The position numbers and the translations under genes were made by a program. A stretch of DNA of 64,000 bases from a virus, in the IMG/VR virus record IMGVR_UViG_3300020045_010841, positions 32,001 to 96,000 of that record; one strand, given 5' to 3'. The notes below the pieces were generated by a model. The model was not told the origin of the DNA. It saw only the letters and a program-made list of their open reading frames with translations, and did not search any database. Below are positions 1 through 8,351 of the stretch, piece by piece. Numbering within the stretch: position 1 is the stretch's first letter; the number at the start of each line of letters is the position of its first letter.

Positions 1-1251
1 ATAGTTTATTAGTTGAGTTATTATTTGATCTTGAATATCTTTTGGTTGGTGTTCTATTTTTGCTATTAGTTGTAATCCAAGCAATTTGGATACTTTCCAA
101 TCAATATTCTTTTCCAATATAAATATATCAAATTCTTCTCTAGGTAATATATCTATTTTAGTTGTAAATAATAACATTAAGGCACTTAATGCAACATAAG
201 GATGTTCTTCCCATAATAATTTAATATCTTTGGTTGGTTTCAGTTCTATATCATATTTTTTTAATATTCCATTTATAGCACCAAATCCAATTTTACCATG
301 ATTTGCTGTTTTACCTAATATTTCACCCGCCCAATTAGTACCAAAATTAAATGTACGAAAACATATTTTACCTCCATCATATAAAAGTGACACATCTTTA
401 CTTTTAGATGTTGTTTTATATCCTAAATATTCATATTGTTTTTTCTTTTCTTTATCCATATTTTTCACTTCCAATTTAACTTCTTTTCCCAACTTCTTTA
501 ATGATACACCTATTAAATCTTGTTTTACAAACATATCTTTAACTTGTATATTTAATTCATGTAAACTAGCGCTAAATCTAGTATTTAAAGCACAATCTTT
601 TACAAACCATATATCCCCAGGATTCCATTTATCCGATTGAAAATTCGCGTTAGTATTTTTATAAGTATTATATAAATCGTTTATTAATGGGGAGTCTCTG
701 TGGTGAGTATAATCACTCGAACTTACATAAGAATATAATATATTCGAACTAGTTAAAAAAGATTGTTGCCATGAAGGTGTTTTAGAAAATTCATATACTT
801 CTTCTAATGGGGTAGTTGTTTGAACGTATTGATATGATTCGGATATAGAAGAATAAGTTACGTCTATCTGGTCTATTTCTTTCTTTTTTACATTTTTAGA
901 TAAAGCATTAAATACACATTGTGTGCTTTCTTGTAATGCAGTATTTTTAGAACCTGCCCCTTGTCCTCCTCCAACACCAAATTCTTTTGTTTTGAGGAAA
1001 TTGGATAGTGATAGAGTATCATTAAATAGTTTTTTACTACCACCTAATTCACCATATTGTTTTGATTGGAGATATTTAATGCCGAGAGAAAGTTTGTCTA
1101 TAATAACAGAAGAACCATCTGTTAATTCAAATGGTTCTTGTTTCATTATTTTATCTAAAAATCTTTCACCTCGGTCTTGATATAAACCATAAAATTCGTG
1201 ATTGGAATGGTAAGGTTTTTCTAATTGGGGAGGAGATAAAGATATACTCAT
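1..1251 (-). CDS. Partial ORF (3' end beyond left edge); restriction-endonuclease-like phage protein
   Basis: ATG at 1249-1251, frame open where checked to position 1; motifs ALQESTQC, DKWNPGDIW, LIGVSLKK resemble a PD-(D/E)xK-like core. Absent from the ORF track because no stop lies in the window. Confidence 0.55.
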   Translation of the reverse strand, partial: MSISLSPPQLEKPYHSNHEFYGLYQDRGERFLDKIMKQEPFELTDGSSVIIDKLSLGIKYLQSKQYGELGGSKKLFNDTLSLSNFLKTKEFGVGGGQGAGSKNTALQESTQCVFNALSKNVKKKEIDQIDVTYSSISESYQYVQTTTPLEEVYEFSKTPSWQQSFLTSSNILYSYVSSSDYTHHRDSPLINDLYNTYKNTNANFQSDKWNPGDIWFVKDCALNTRFSASLHELNIQVKDMFVKQDLIGVSLKKLGKEVKLEVKNMDKEKKKQYEYLGYKTTSKSKDVSLLYDGGKICFRTFNFGTNWAGEILGKTANHGKIGFGAINGILKKYDIELKPTKDIKLLWEEHPYVALSALMLLFTTKIDILPREEFDIFILEKNIDWKVSKLLGLQLIAKIEHQPKDIQDQIITQLINY

Positions 1252-2447
1252 TATCTTACTATTCTAAATTTTTTTACTTTTGGTTCTTCAACTTCTTTTA
1301 ATTCTTCTTCAGGTTTTTCTGGTTCCATAGTTGTTCCTTGTTCACCACCAACTTCTGGTTCTGATGTAAGATCAGAAACAAATTCATCCTTCATATCCTT
1401 TTCATTAGTAAGTTCTGATTCTGGTCCTTGTGAACCAGGAGGCATACCCATTAATAATAATTTTGATATTGCTTTTACTGCATATTCTTCATCTTTTATA
1501 TTAGACAAATAATATTGTTTACCAGCAATTTTTGCTATATAAGATTTTGGATTATAAATCATATAAAATGATTGCCCATTATGTAATAATACTTTAAATG
1601 TAGTAGGTTTTGGGGACATTACATATATACCAGTGATATAATCTCTAAATACAGGAGACATTAAATCGATTAATGCTTCGTTTAATGAAGGATATTTATT
1701 TATTATATATTCTAATGGATCTTCTTCAAATGTAGCTACTTCATCTTTTTGATTTTGTATAACATTATCGAGTTCTTCCTTTAATATTTGTTCTATATTC
1801 ATTTCTTGTAAATTATTTATTGAAGGTTTTACTTCTTTTTCAACTTCTTCAGGATAAACTAACCTAACATCAACAGTATCATCTTGTGAAAAATAATGAA
1901 TTGGAGTTGGTTCACCATTAGTTGTGAATTTATCTAAGTATTTTTTATAAGTATATCCTTTCTTATATTTTTTAGAATTATCATCCCAAATATCATACTT
2001 TTTTCCAATAATTAAGGTTGATGGTTTATTTATTTTAATTTCATTAATTGGTTTACCATTAATTTTAATAAGATCATCAAAATCCCTATTTATACTTTTT
2101 AATATATTAAAATCTATATTATTTAAAAAATCATTAACAGTACCGGGGAAATTATAAAAATTATATTTATTCAATATTTTAAATAAATTTACCTTTTCAT
2201 CTAATAAGTAATATTTCTTAATAACAGTATCAGGAGTAATAATAGGATTATTTACTTTAATTTCAAGCAATTTACCATTTATACTGATTATATTCTTGTA
2301 ATCCCTTCTATTATTGCCTATCCCAGCTTTATTAAAAAACAAGCCTTGAGTTGGATTTAACGGTTTTTCAAAACACATTACAGTATTATCTCTAAATCTA
2401 ATTTGGTCTCCTTTAGTAAGTTTTGATTTGATTTCTTGTGGAGTCAT
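1251..2447 (-). CDS. Hypothetical multi-module protein with E-IK(V/I)N(N/K)P motifs, probable head-internal protein
   Basis: 398-aa ORF; LLEIKVNNP, INEIKINKP, NLQEMN; acidic C-terminus ending KKFRIVR. Confidence 0.55.
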   Translation of the reverse strand: MTPQEIKSKLTKGDQIRFRDNTVMCFEKPLNPTQGLFFNKAGIGNNRRDYKNIISINGKLLEIKVNNPIITPDTVIKKYYLLDEKVNLFKILNKYNFYNFPGTVNDFLNNIDFNILKSINRDFDDLIKINGKPINEIKINKPSTLIIGKKYDIWDDNSKKYKKGYTYKKYLDKFTTNGEPTPIHYFSQDDTVDVRLVYPEEVEKEVKPSINNLQEMNIEQILKEELDNVIQNQKDEVATFEEDPLEYIINKYPSLNEALIDLMSPVFRDYITGIYVMSPKPTTFKVLLHNGQSFYMIYNPKSYIAKIAGKQYYLSNIKDEEYAVKAISKLLLMGMPPGSQGPESELTNEKDMKDEFVSDLTSEPEVGGEQGTTMEPEKPEEELKEVEEPKVKKFRIVR

Positions 2448-2689
2448 TAATATTGAGGTTTTTCACCGCGTAAAATTCGTGCTACGTTTTCAGGATCAGC
2501 TTTATCTAATATTTTATTACCACGAGATATTTGATCGTCAGGATGTTCTCCTTTAGCTATTTTAAGTAAAATATTATTTAATGTTTTTGTAGTTAAACCT
2601 TGTGTTTTACCTGTTGGAGAATATTTACTATAACCTGTTTCTTCAGATAATACCTCTTTAATTATGTCTTTTAATCTTGATTTTTTCAT
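2447..2689 (-). CDS. Small hypothetical protein with MKKSRLKDIIKEVLSEE leader
   Basis: 80-aa ORF; similar amphipathic N-terminus in ORFs 5390, 6477 and 28481; late-type motif upstream at ~2704. Confidence 0.6.
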   Translation of the reverse strand: MKKSRLKDIIKEVLSEETGYSKYSPTGKTQGLTTKTLNNILLKIAKGEHPDDQISRGNKILDKADPENVARILRGEKPQY

Positions 2690-2713
2690 ATGTAATTATA
2701 TTACATAAATATA

Positions 2714-3427
2714 TTATAAAAATGTAATTTGATTAGTTTCTTTATCCCAATCAAATGTCATAGGTTTATTAGTATATTTATATTGCTCATTTAATACTGA
2801 TGCATTAAAATAGTGAGTATCTCCATCAAAGTGATATCCATACCCTGAATGTATATGACCGCAGATATGAATTTTAGGTTTAATTAATTTAATTCGTTCT
2901 GCTAATAATTCACATCCTAAATGTTCTGTTCTTCTCCATTCGCAAGTATCTAATATACCAAATGCAGGACCATGTGTTATTAATATGTCTGTATTTTCAG
3001 GAATCGCTTCCCATTTTGTACTTAATCCCGGTCCATTTTTAGGTAAATTAAATGCCCAGCTCATAAACTCGGGTTGCCAAGGGCTACCATATATTCGAAT
3101 ATTATTTTCAGGTATATCTCCATTTGGTCCATCACCATATAAAACTAACTCTTCATCTTGTAAATAATTAATAAATGGGAATTTATCAATATATCCTTTT
3201 ACTTCTTCAGGGAAATTTTCAAACATTCTGTCGTGATTGCCTGCTATAAATACTTTATCTTCATAATTATCTAAACTATTAAACCAACCACAAAAATTAG
3301 TTATATCGTTTCTATTATAACCACTATTCATAAGATCTCCGGCAAATAAAAGAAGTTCTCCACCGGGCAAATCTTTTGTTACTTGTTCATGTAAAGTATG
3401 AGTATCAGAAAAAACTGTTATTACCAT
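2714..3427 (-). CDS. Calcineurin-like metallophosphoesterase (MPPED/239FB-like)
   Basis: Motifs SDTH, AGD, AGNHD, ITHGP, CGHIH. Confidence 0.9.
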   Translation of the reverse strand: MVITVFSDTHTLHEQVTKDLPGGELLLFAGDLMNSGYNRNDITNFCGWFNSLDNYEDKVFIAGNHDRMFENFPEEVKGYIDKFPFINYLQDEELVLYGDGPNGDIPENNIRIYGSPWQPEFMSWAFNLPKNGPGLSTKWEAIPENTDILITHGPAFGILDTCEWRRTEHLGCELLAERIKLIKPKIHICGHIHSGYGYHFDGDTHYFNASVLNEQYKYTNKPMTFDWDKETNQITFL

Positions 3428-3717
3428 TATATATTTTTTATTATGCGATTAATTTCATTTTCTATCAACCAATTTAATTGTGATGATTGCAAACTTGAAT
3501 AAAATCTAGATGCACCAAATTTCATTTTAATTTGAGAATAGGTAAAGTTAGGTATTAATATTAAATCTTTAAATATACTGTCTAAGAATTCTGTTACTTC
3601 AGGTATATCAAATTCTAAACCACCAAAATATTGTTTTTTAGTCTCTCCATCTTTACCAACATATTCTCTACACTCAATATATTCTTTATACTTTTCGTTA
3701 AATTCTTGTGCTGTCAT
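3427..3717 (-). CDS. Hypothetical protein
   Basis: 96-aa ORF coupled to neighbours; QIKMKFG..RFY motif. Confidence 0.65.
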   Translation of the reverse strand: MTAQEFNEKYKEYIECREYVGKDGETKKQYFGGLEFDIPEVTEFLDSIFKDLILIPNFTYSQIKMKFGASRFYSSLQSSQLNWLIENEINRIIKNI

Positions 3718-3926
3718 AATTTTTTAATTTCTTTTTCTACATTATCATAATAATCGCATAAATCATAATATCCTTCAGTATAATAACCAACTACTTTTCT
3801 AATTTCATTAACACAAATTAACGCACTTTGACGTGCGTCTTCTTTTGTATTATGATCTGATAAATGTGATAATGTTTCGTTATAGAAACGATCAAATATG
3901 CGTTGTGCTTCTAATTTATAATCCAT
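3714..3926 (-). CDS. Hypothetical protein
   Basis: 70-aa ORF with overlapping start/stop on both sides. Confidence 0.65.
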   Translation of the reverse strand: MDYKLEAQRIFDRFYNETLSHLSDHNTKEDARQSALICVNEIRKVVGYYTEGYYDLCDYYDNVEKEIKKL

Positions 3927-5131
3927 TATTTCTTACTATCATATAAATTGTTCATGTACTTTCCTGAGAATTTGGAATCTTGCGTACGTAATACAATTCC
4001 TTCCACCATATTTTCTTTAAAATATCCTTCACATTCCTCTTCAATTTCTTGTCTTGAATTGAATTCTTTATTAAATATTTCTTTTACCATAGGAAATTCC
4101 ATAGCTTCGCAAACATATTTTAATAATTTATATGGACATTTTTCGGCAATGCCTTGACTGTTAATACTATCTGCTCCAAAGAATTTAATATTTGGTTTTT
4201 CTTTACTAGCTGGGTTATGTTTATTACCTGATCCTTTCAAATTACCACCATTTAATTCTCCTCTTAAAACCACATTAGTATATTCTCTTTGCAATTCATT
4301 TAAATATGGCTTACCATAAACAATAAAGTCAGAATCATTTTCTACTAAATTATATAAATTTAAATCAGGTTTAGTCCAAAATAATAATTTTTCTAATAGT
4401 GTTTTAGTACGTCTTCCAACATGTTTTTTAACCAAAAGATCTAATTGTTGATTACGAGAACAAATAAAACCTTTTCCATTCTTAATACCAATAGTAATAC
4501 TTGATCCATCTACTTTTTCAGTACCGACTAAAGTAATTGGATAACCAATTTTATTTTCAATATGACCCCAAAGATTATTAATATTGGTTTCATCTGTTTT
4601 ATATAGCCCTTCAGGGAATACTCGTGAACCACCTACTTTATTACCCGCTTTATCTTTAACTTCAGGTTCTTCCCATTTTGTAATACCAAGTAATTCTGTT
4701 AAATCTAATTGATAAAAATGAATAAGTAAATTATCATCTGTATAATCATTTTTCCAAATATAATCAGCTACGTCTTTTCTTGGTAATAAAATTCCATTAC
4801 TATAAACAGGATCAATGCTTCCCTCACGTGAAAAATTGAATTTTTTAGCTCTAATACGTAATGGTACTCCCTCAACTTTACCTAACATACTTTTAGTTAC
4901 ATCCCCGTTTGGACGTAAAAAAGATTCGAATAAAGGAATATCCGAAAGGTTAAAGTCCGGTTGAATATAAACTGCTTTATCCCCTACTTGATATAAATCT
5001 TTGCCAGATACAAGGGTAAACCCGTTTTCTTCAAGTTCAATTAATTCAATTCGTTCTGCTGCTTCTCCATTTTTAAATAATGGACTTTTTTGTTTAATTG
5101 TAACGATGCTTACTGCTTGTTGTTGTTCCAT
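3926..5131 (-). CDS. RNA ligase (Rnl2/DRB0094-like)
   Basis: Nucleotidyltransferase motif I TEKVDGSS, RGE, EGIVLR, terminal K; N-terminal AERIE..YQVGDKAVYI domain typical of DRB0094-type ligases. Confidence 0.85.
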   Translation of the reverse strand: MEQQQAVSIVTIKQKSPLFKNGEAAERIELIELEENGFTLVSGKDLYQVGDKAVYIQPDFNLSDIPLFESFLRPNGDVTKSMLGKVEGVPLRIRAKKFNFSREGSIDPVYSNGILLPRKDVADYIWKNDYTDDNLLIHFYQLDLTELLGITKWEEPEVKDKAGNKVGGSRVFPEGLYKTDETNINNLWGHIENKIGYPITLVGTEKVDGSSITIGIKNGKGFICSRNQQLDLLVKKHVGRRTKTLLEKLLFWTKPDLNLYNLVENDSDFIVYGKPYLNELQREYTNVVLRGELNGGNLKGSGNKHNPASKEKPNIKFFGADSINSQGIAEKCPYKLLKYVCEAMEFPMVKEIFNKEFNSRQEIEEECEGYFKENMVEGIVLRTQDSKFSGKYMNNLYDSKK

Positions 5132-5140
5132 AATCTTAAT

Positions 5141-5311
5141 TTAGTCTTTTAATATTTGTTTTTCGTTTTGTTTAATTACAGCTTGGTAATGATGTCTACC
5201 ATCACTATAAGGACTACCCCATAGAACATAGCCTTGTCTATTTTTTAAAAATTCTTGTACTTCATCGGTAAGACTAATACTACTATAACTTTCTAATATA
5301 ATATAATCCAT
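5141..5311 (-). CDS. Small protein, DUF1737-like
   Basis: Hand-translated 56 aa MDYIILES..EVQEFLKNRQGYVLWGSP..YQAVIK; promoter motif upstream at ~5332. Confidence 0.55.
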   Translation of the reverse strand: MDYIILESYSSISLTDEVQEFLKNRQGYVLWGSPYSDGRHHYQAVIKQNEKQILKD

Positions 5312-5343
5312 ATTTTTATTTTAATTTCAATGTGAATATACGA

Positions 5344-5362
5344 AGGCTCCTTAAAGGAGCCT
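5344..5362 (-). terminator. Intrinsic terminator hairpin abutting the next promoter
   Basis: AGGCTCCT/AGGAGCCT inverted repeat followed on the minus strand by TCGTATATT; same layout at ~12266, ~14193, ~56439. Confidence 0.6.
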
Positions 5363-5389
5363 CACGATTTAATATAAGAGTTTATTATC

Positions 5390-6484
5390 CTATTTAATAC
5401 GGAATTTTATTTCATTAGTTACTTCAGGAGAGGATGTTATTTCTCCATTTGGTTTAGTCCAAAACTCTTTAACACCGGGAATTTGTCTGATTTTTGATTT
5501 TATTCCGTCTTTAATTTCTTGTTCACTAAGTTCTTTAAATGGGAATGGATCTATTTTAATATATAACTTAGATTTTCTTGTATCTTGGGGTATATCTTCT
5601 GTTCTAACAACAGTTATACCAATTATACTTCTTATATCAGATAATATATCAGACAATAATTCATGTTCTTTAGTAACTAATAAACCATCTAATTTAATTA
5701 TTTGGTCTGGTTTTGATTCTTGGAGTTTTTTAGTATTTTTGCTTCCTGAATATTTATAATTATTAGCTTTTAACCATTTATCTCCATTTTCTTTTTTATT
5801 CTGTTTTAAATAATTCTCATATTCTATATCAATAAATCTTTGTTGTTTTCCTTTTAATAAATCGATAATTGATGATTTATTAATAATGTTTTTCAATTTT
5901 TCTCCTGTTTCTTTTGTTATAGGTCCATATTTATCTTGCATATAATCATCTATTACTTTGGATAAATTTTCTTTATTAAAATCATCAGGACCAAATTCCC
6001 AACAAGTTCCAGCATAATATGCTATTTCTTGGGCAAAATCTTTTATTGTTTTTAAATCTTTTATTTTAGAAAAACCAAAATATCCTGTTTTAATAACTAA
6101 AGGATCTTTTTTTATAAAACTAATAAAATTAGGTTCATTATTTAAAAATATTTCTACTTGAGGAGGTAAAAAACATTCTTTTAATAAATTATGAATTGAT
6201 TCTTGGAGTGGAGTTTCTGGTTTAGGAGTTACATCATATTTACCATAGAAATCATTATTTTCACTCTCGGTATTATCTTTAGTTAAATCATTGAAATCAT
6301 AAGAAGTAGTAATACCAGTTTTATCTAATTTAACGGCATAAAAAGGATGTTTAGAAAGAGTAACTATTCCTTCGTCTCCTGTTTCTACTACAATAACTTT
6401 ATCCCCTTCTTGGAATTTCGTATCTTCTTCCAACAAGCGAACAATATTTTCTCTAATAAATATCCTTAATTCAGATTTATTCAT
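5390..6484 (-). CDS. Hypothetical multi-module protein, probable head-internal protein
   Basis: 364 aa; leader MNKSELRIFIRENIVRLLEE, SH3-like FQEGDKVIV module, LQES junctions, ends IKFRIK. Confidence 0.55.
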   Translation of the reverse strand: MNKSELRIFIRENIVRLLEEDTKFQEGDKVIVVETGDEGIVTLSKHPFYAVKLDKTGITTSYDFNDLTKDNTESENNDFYGKYDVTPKPETPLQESIHNLLKECFLPPQVEIFLNNEPNFISFIKKDPLVIKTGYFGFSKIKDLKTIKDFAQEIAYYAGTCWEFGPDDFNKENLSKVIDDYMQDKYGPITKETGEKLKNIINKSSIIDLLKGKQQRFIDIEYENYLKQNKKENGDKWLKANNYKYSGSKNTKKLQESKPDQIIKLDGLLVTKEHELLSDILSDIRSIIGITVVRTEDIPQDTRKSKLYIKIDPFPFKELSEQEIKDGIKSKIRQIPGVKEFWTKPNGEITSSPEVTNEIKFRIK

Positions 6485-7040
6485 CCTCTTTAATTTCTTT
6501 ATCTTTTGGTGTTTTTTCTTTAGCTAATGATGCTTCTAATCTAGTTTTAAGATCTTCGAGTTTAGATAATTTAGAATATAAAGGATTTATATCAGACGCT
6601 ACTGAATCTCTATTTCCTGGATTGTCCATTCCTTGTTGGGTTTTGGCTTGAATGTCTGCTTTTATATCAGCCATCTTAGCATCAAGGTCCTTTAATTGTT
6701 GAGTACCGGTTTTAATATCTTCTTTTAATTCACCATCTCTTTGTTTGATTAGTTTACGAGAAGCAGATCTAGCTTTACCTTCACTTTTATATAAACCGGT
6801 GATATTTTCTTTAGTTAAACCTTGAGAAATCATTTCGGCTAAACCGAATACATCGGTTTCTTGAATAATACTATCTTCACTAGATTCTTTAATCGCTTTT
6901 TTTACAATCCAGAAATTACCAATTTGATCTTCTAAATTATATTCAGTTTCAGGTTGTGAATCTAACATTTCTAAATTTTCTTTTATTAATTTAGTTTTCA
7001 ATTCTTTTTTTATTAAACCTATTAATTTCTTTTTTTCCAT
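6477..7040 (-). CDS. Hypothetical coiled-coil protein
   Basis: 187 aa; late-type motif upstream at ~7057. Confidence 0.65.
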   Translation of the reverse strand: MEKKKLIGLIKKELKTKLIKENLEMLDSQPETEYNLEDQIGNFWIVKKAIKESSEDSIIQETDVFGLAEMISQGLTKENITGLYKSEGKARSASRKLIKQRDGELKEDIKTGTQQLKDLDAKMADIKADIQAKTQQGMDNPGNRDSVASDINPLYSKLSKLEDLKTRLEASLAKEKTPKDKEIKEDE

Positions 7041-7064
7041 TTTATTAATTATATAATATAAATA

Positions 7065-7643
7065 TTACAGGGATATTTGTTTTTGTTGTTTTATTTGTTC
7101 TTTAACTTTTTTAACATATTCATAGTCAATCGAGCCGCCTATCCATTTCTCTTTATCACCGTTTTCTGCAAATGTAGAATCTCCTAATGAATTAACATAT
7201 TCATCTAACACACCTTCAAAGTTAGTTAAGTGTTGATTTTTATTCAAATTCATTATATTGCGTTCATATTCTTCGTATTTGCCTTCTAATTTTAATTTTG
7301 TTTCCATTTCCGTGACACAATTAAAACAGGTACCATGAATATGATACATTTTTTTATTTAAATCAGTTAATTGAAAATGATTACCACAGCAAGGGCATTT
7401 TAGTGGGAATTTTGATGCTTGTTTTAGTGCATCAAATTTCGTTATTGTTTGTTTAATTCCATTCTTAATAGTCCATTTCTTCCCACCTTCTTCCCATTCA
7501 TCACCTTCAACATGTTCTACTTCTTGTTTTGAGTAACCAGTTTGGATTGATGTAGCATCACCATATCGTTTTTCAATAATATTTCGAATACGGGACAGAT
7601 CTTTCTCTTTGAATTCTTTTTTAAGTTGTGTATCTTGGCTCAT
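7065..7643 (-). CDS. Hypothetical zinc-finger protein
   Basis: CPCC..CFNC; EGDEWEE-GKKWTIKNG motif. Confidence 0.7.
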   Translation of the reverse strand: MSQDTQLKKEFKEKDLSRIRNIIEKRYGDATSIQTGYSKQEVEHVEGDEWEEGGKKWTIKNGIKQTITKFDALKQASKFPLKCPCCGNHFQLTDLNKKMYHIHGTCFNCVTEMETKLKLEGKYEEYERNIMNLNKNQHLTNFEGVLDEYVNSLGDSTFAENGDKEKWIGGSIDYEYVKKVKEQIKQQKQISL

Positions 7644-7804
7644 TAAAAAGATTTTGTTTTTTCTATTACTTGTCTTATAATATCTTTTCGTTCTTGTTCT
7701 GAAATGGATTTGTTTCTTTTAATAACATAATTGTCTATGTCTTTTTGTATGTTTTTAAACATTATATTATCTTTAGCTTTTTTGTTGGGGTTATTTACTT
7801 TCAT
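7643..7804 (-). CDS. Small protein starting MKVNNP (53 aa)
   Basis: Hand-translated; start overlaps upstream stop and stop overlaps downstream start. Confidence 0.7.
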   Translation of the reverse strand: MKVNNPNKKAKDNIMFKNIQKDIDNYVIKRNKSISEQERKDIIRQVIEKTKSF

Positions 7805-8337
7805 ATTCCCATTTTTTTTAATTCAAGAATAGTTGCTTCTGTATCACCTGTATATAAAATCCCAATACCATTTCGAGCACGCCAACTTAATATAGTATCT
7901 TCTCTATCGTCTATTAATATTTTATTTGGACCGGCCAATTCAGGTTTTTCATGGGCTTGTTTAAATATAATAGGATAATCACCTAAATTATCTTCAACCC
8001 ATAATTTTTTACCTTCTACTGATACATCATTTCTCGATGGAGCAGTAAGGAGTGTTGGATTATTATTTTTAATATAATCCCACAATTCATGACCTTGGGG
8101 CATCCAAGACATACCTCTGAAAAATCTTATTCCAACCTGATCATCTATTAATTCCCAAAATTTTTGAATTCCTATTTTAGGACCAAATTCTCTTTCTGCT
8201 CTATATTTATATTCTTCTGGAGTTAAACCACTGAAATGCTCAAATCTTTTTTCAAAATCACATAATACACCATCCATATCGCAGTATATTTGGTATTGAT
8301 CACTCATGCCTTCATTTAACAACTCATTTAAATTCAT
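7801..8337 (-). CDS. HAD-family phosphatase / 5'(3')-nucleotidase
   Basis: IYCDMDGVLCDF motif I, LLTAP, K, LIDD. Confidence 0.85.
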   Translation of the reverse strand: MNLNELLNEGMSDQYQIYCDMDGVLCDFEKRFEHFSGLTPEEYKYRAEREFGPKIGIQKFWELIDDQVGIRFFRGMSWMPQGHELWDYIKNNNPTLLTAPSRNDVSVEGKKLWVEDNLGDYPIIFKQAHEKPELAGPNKILIDDREDTILSWRARNGIGILYTGDTEATILELKKMGI

Positions 8338-8351
8338 ATAACTTATTTTTA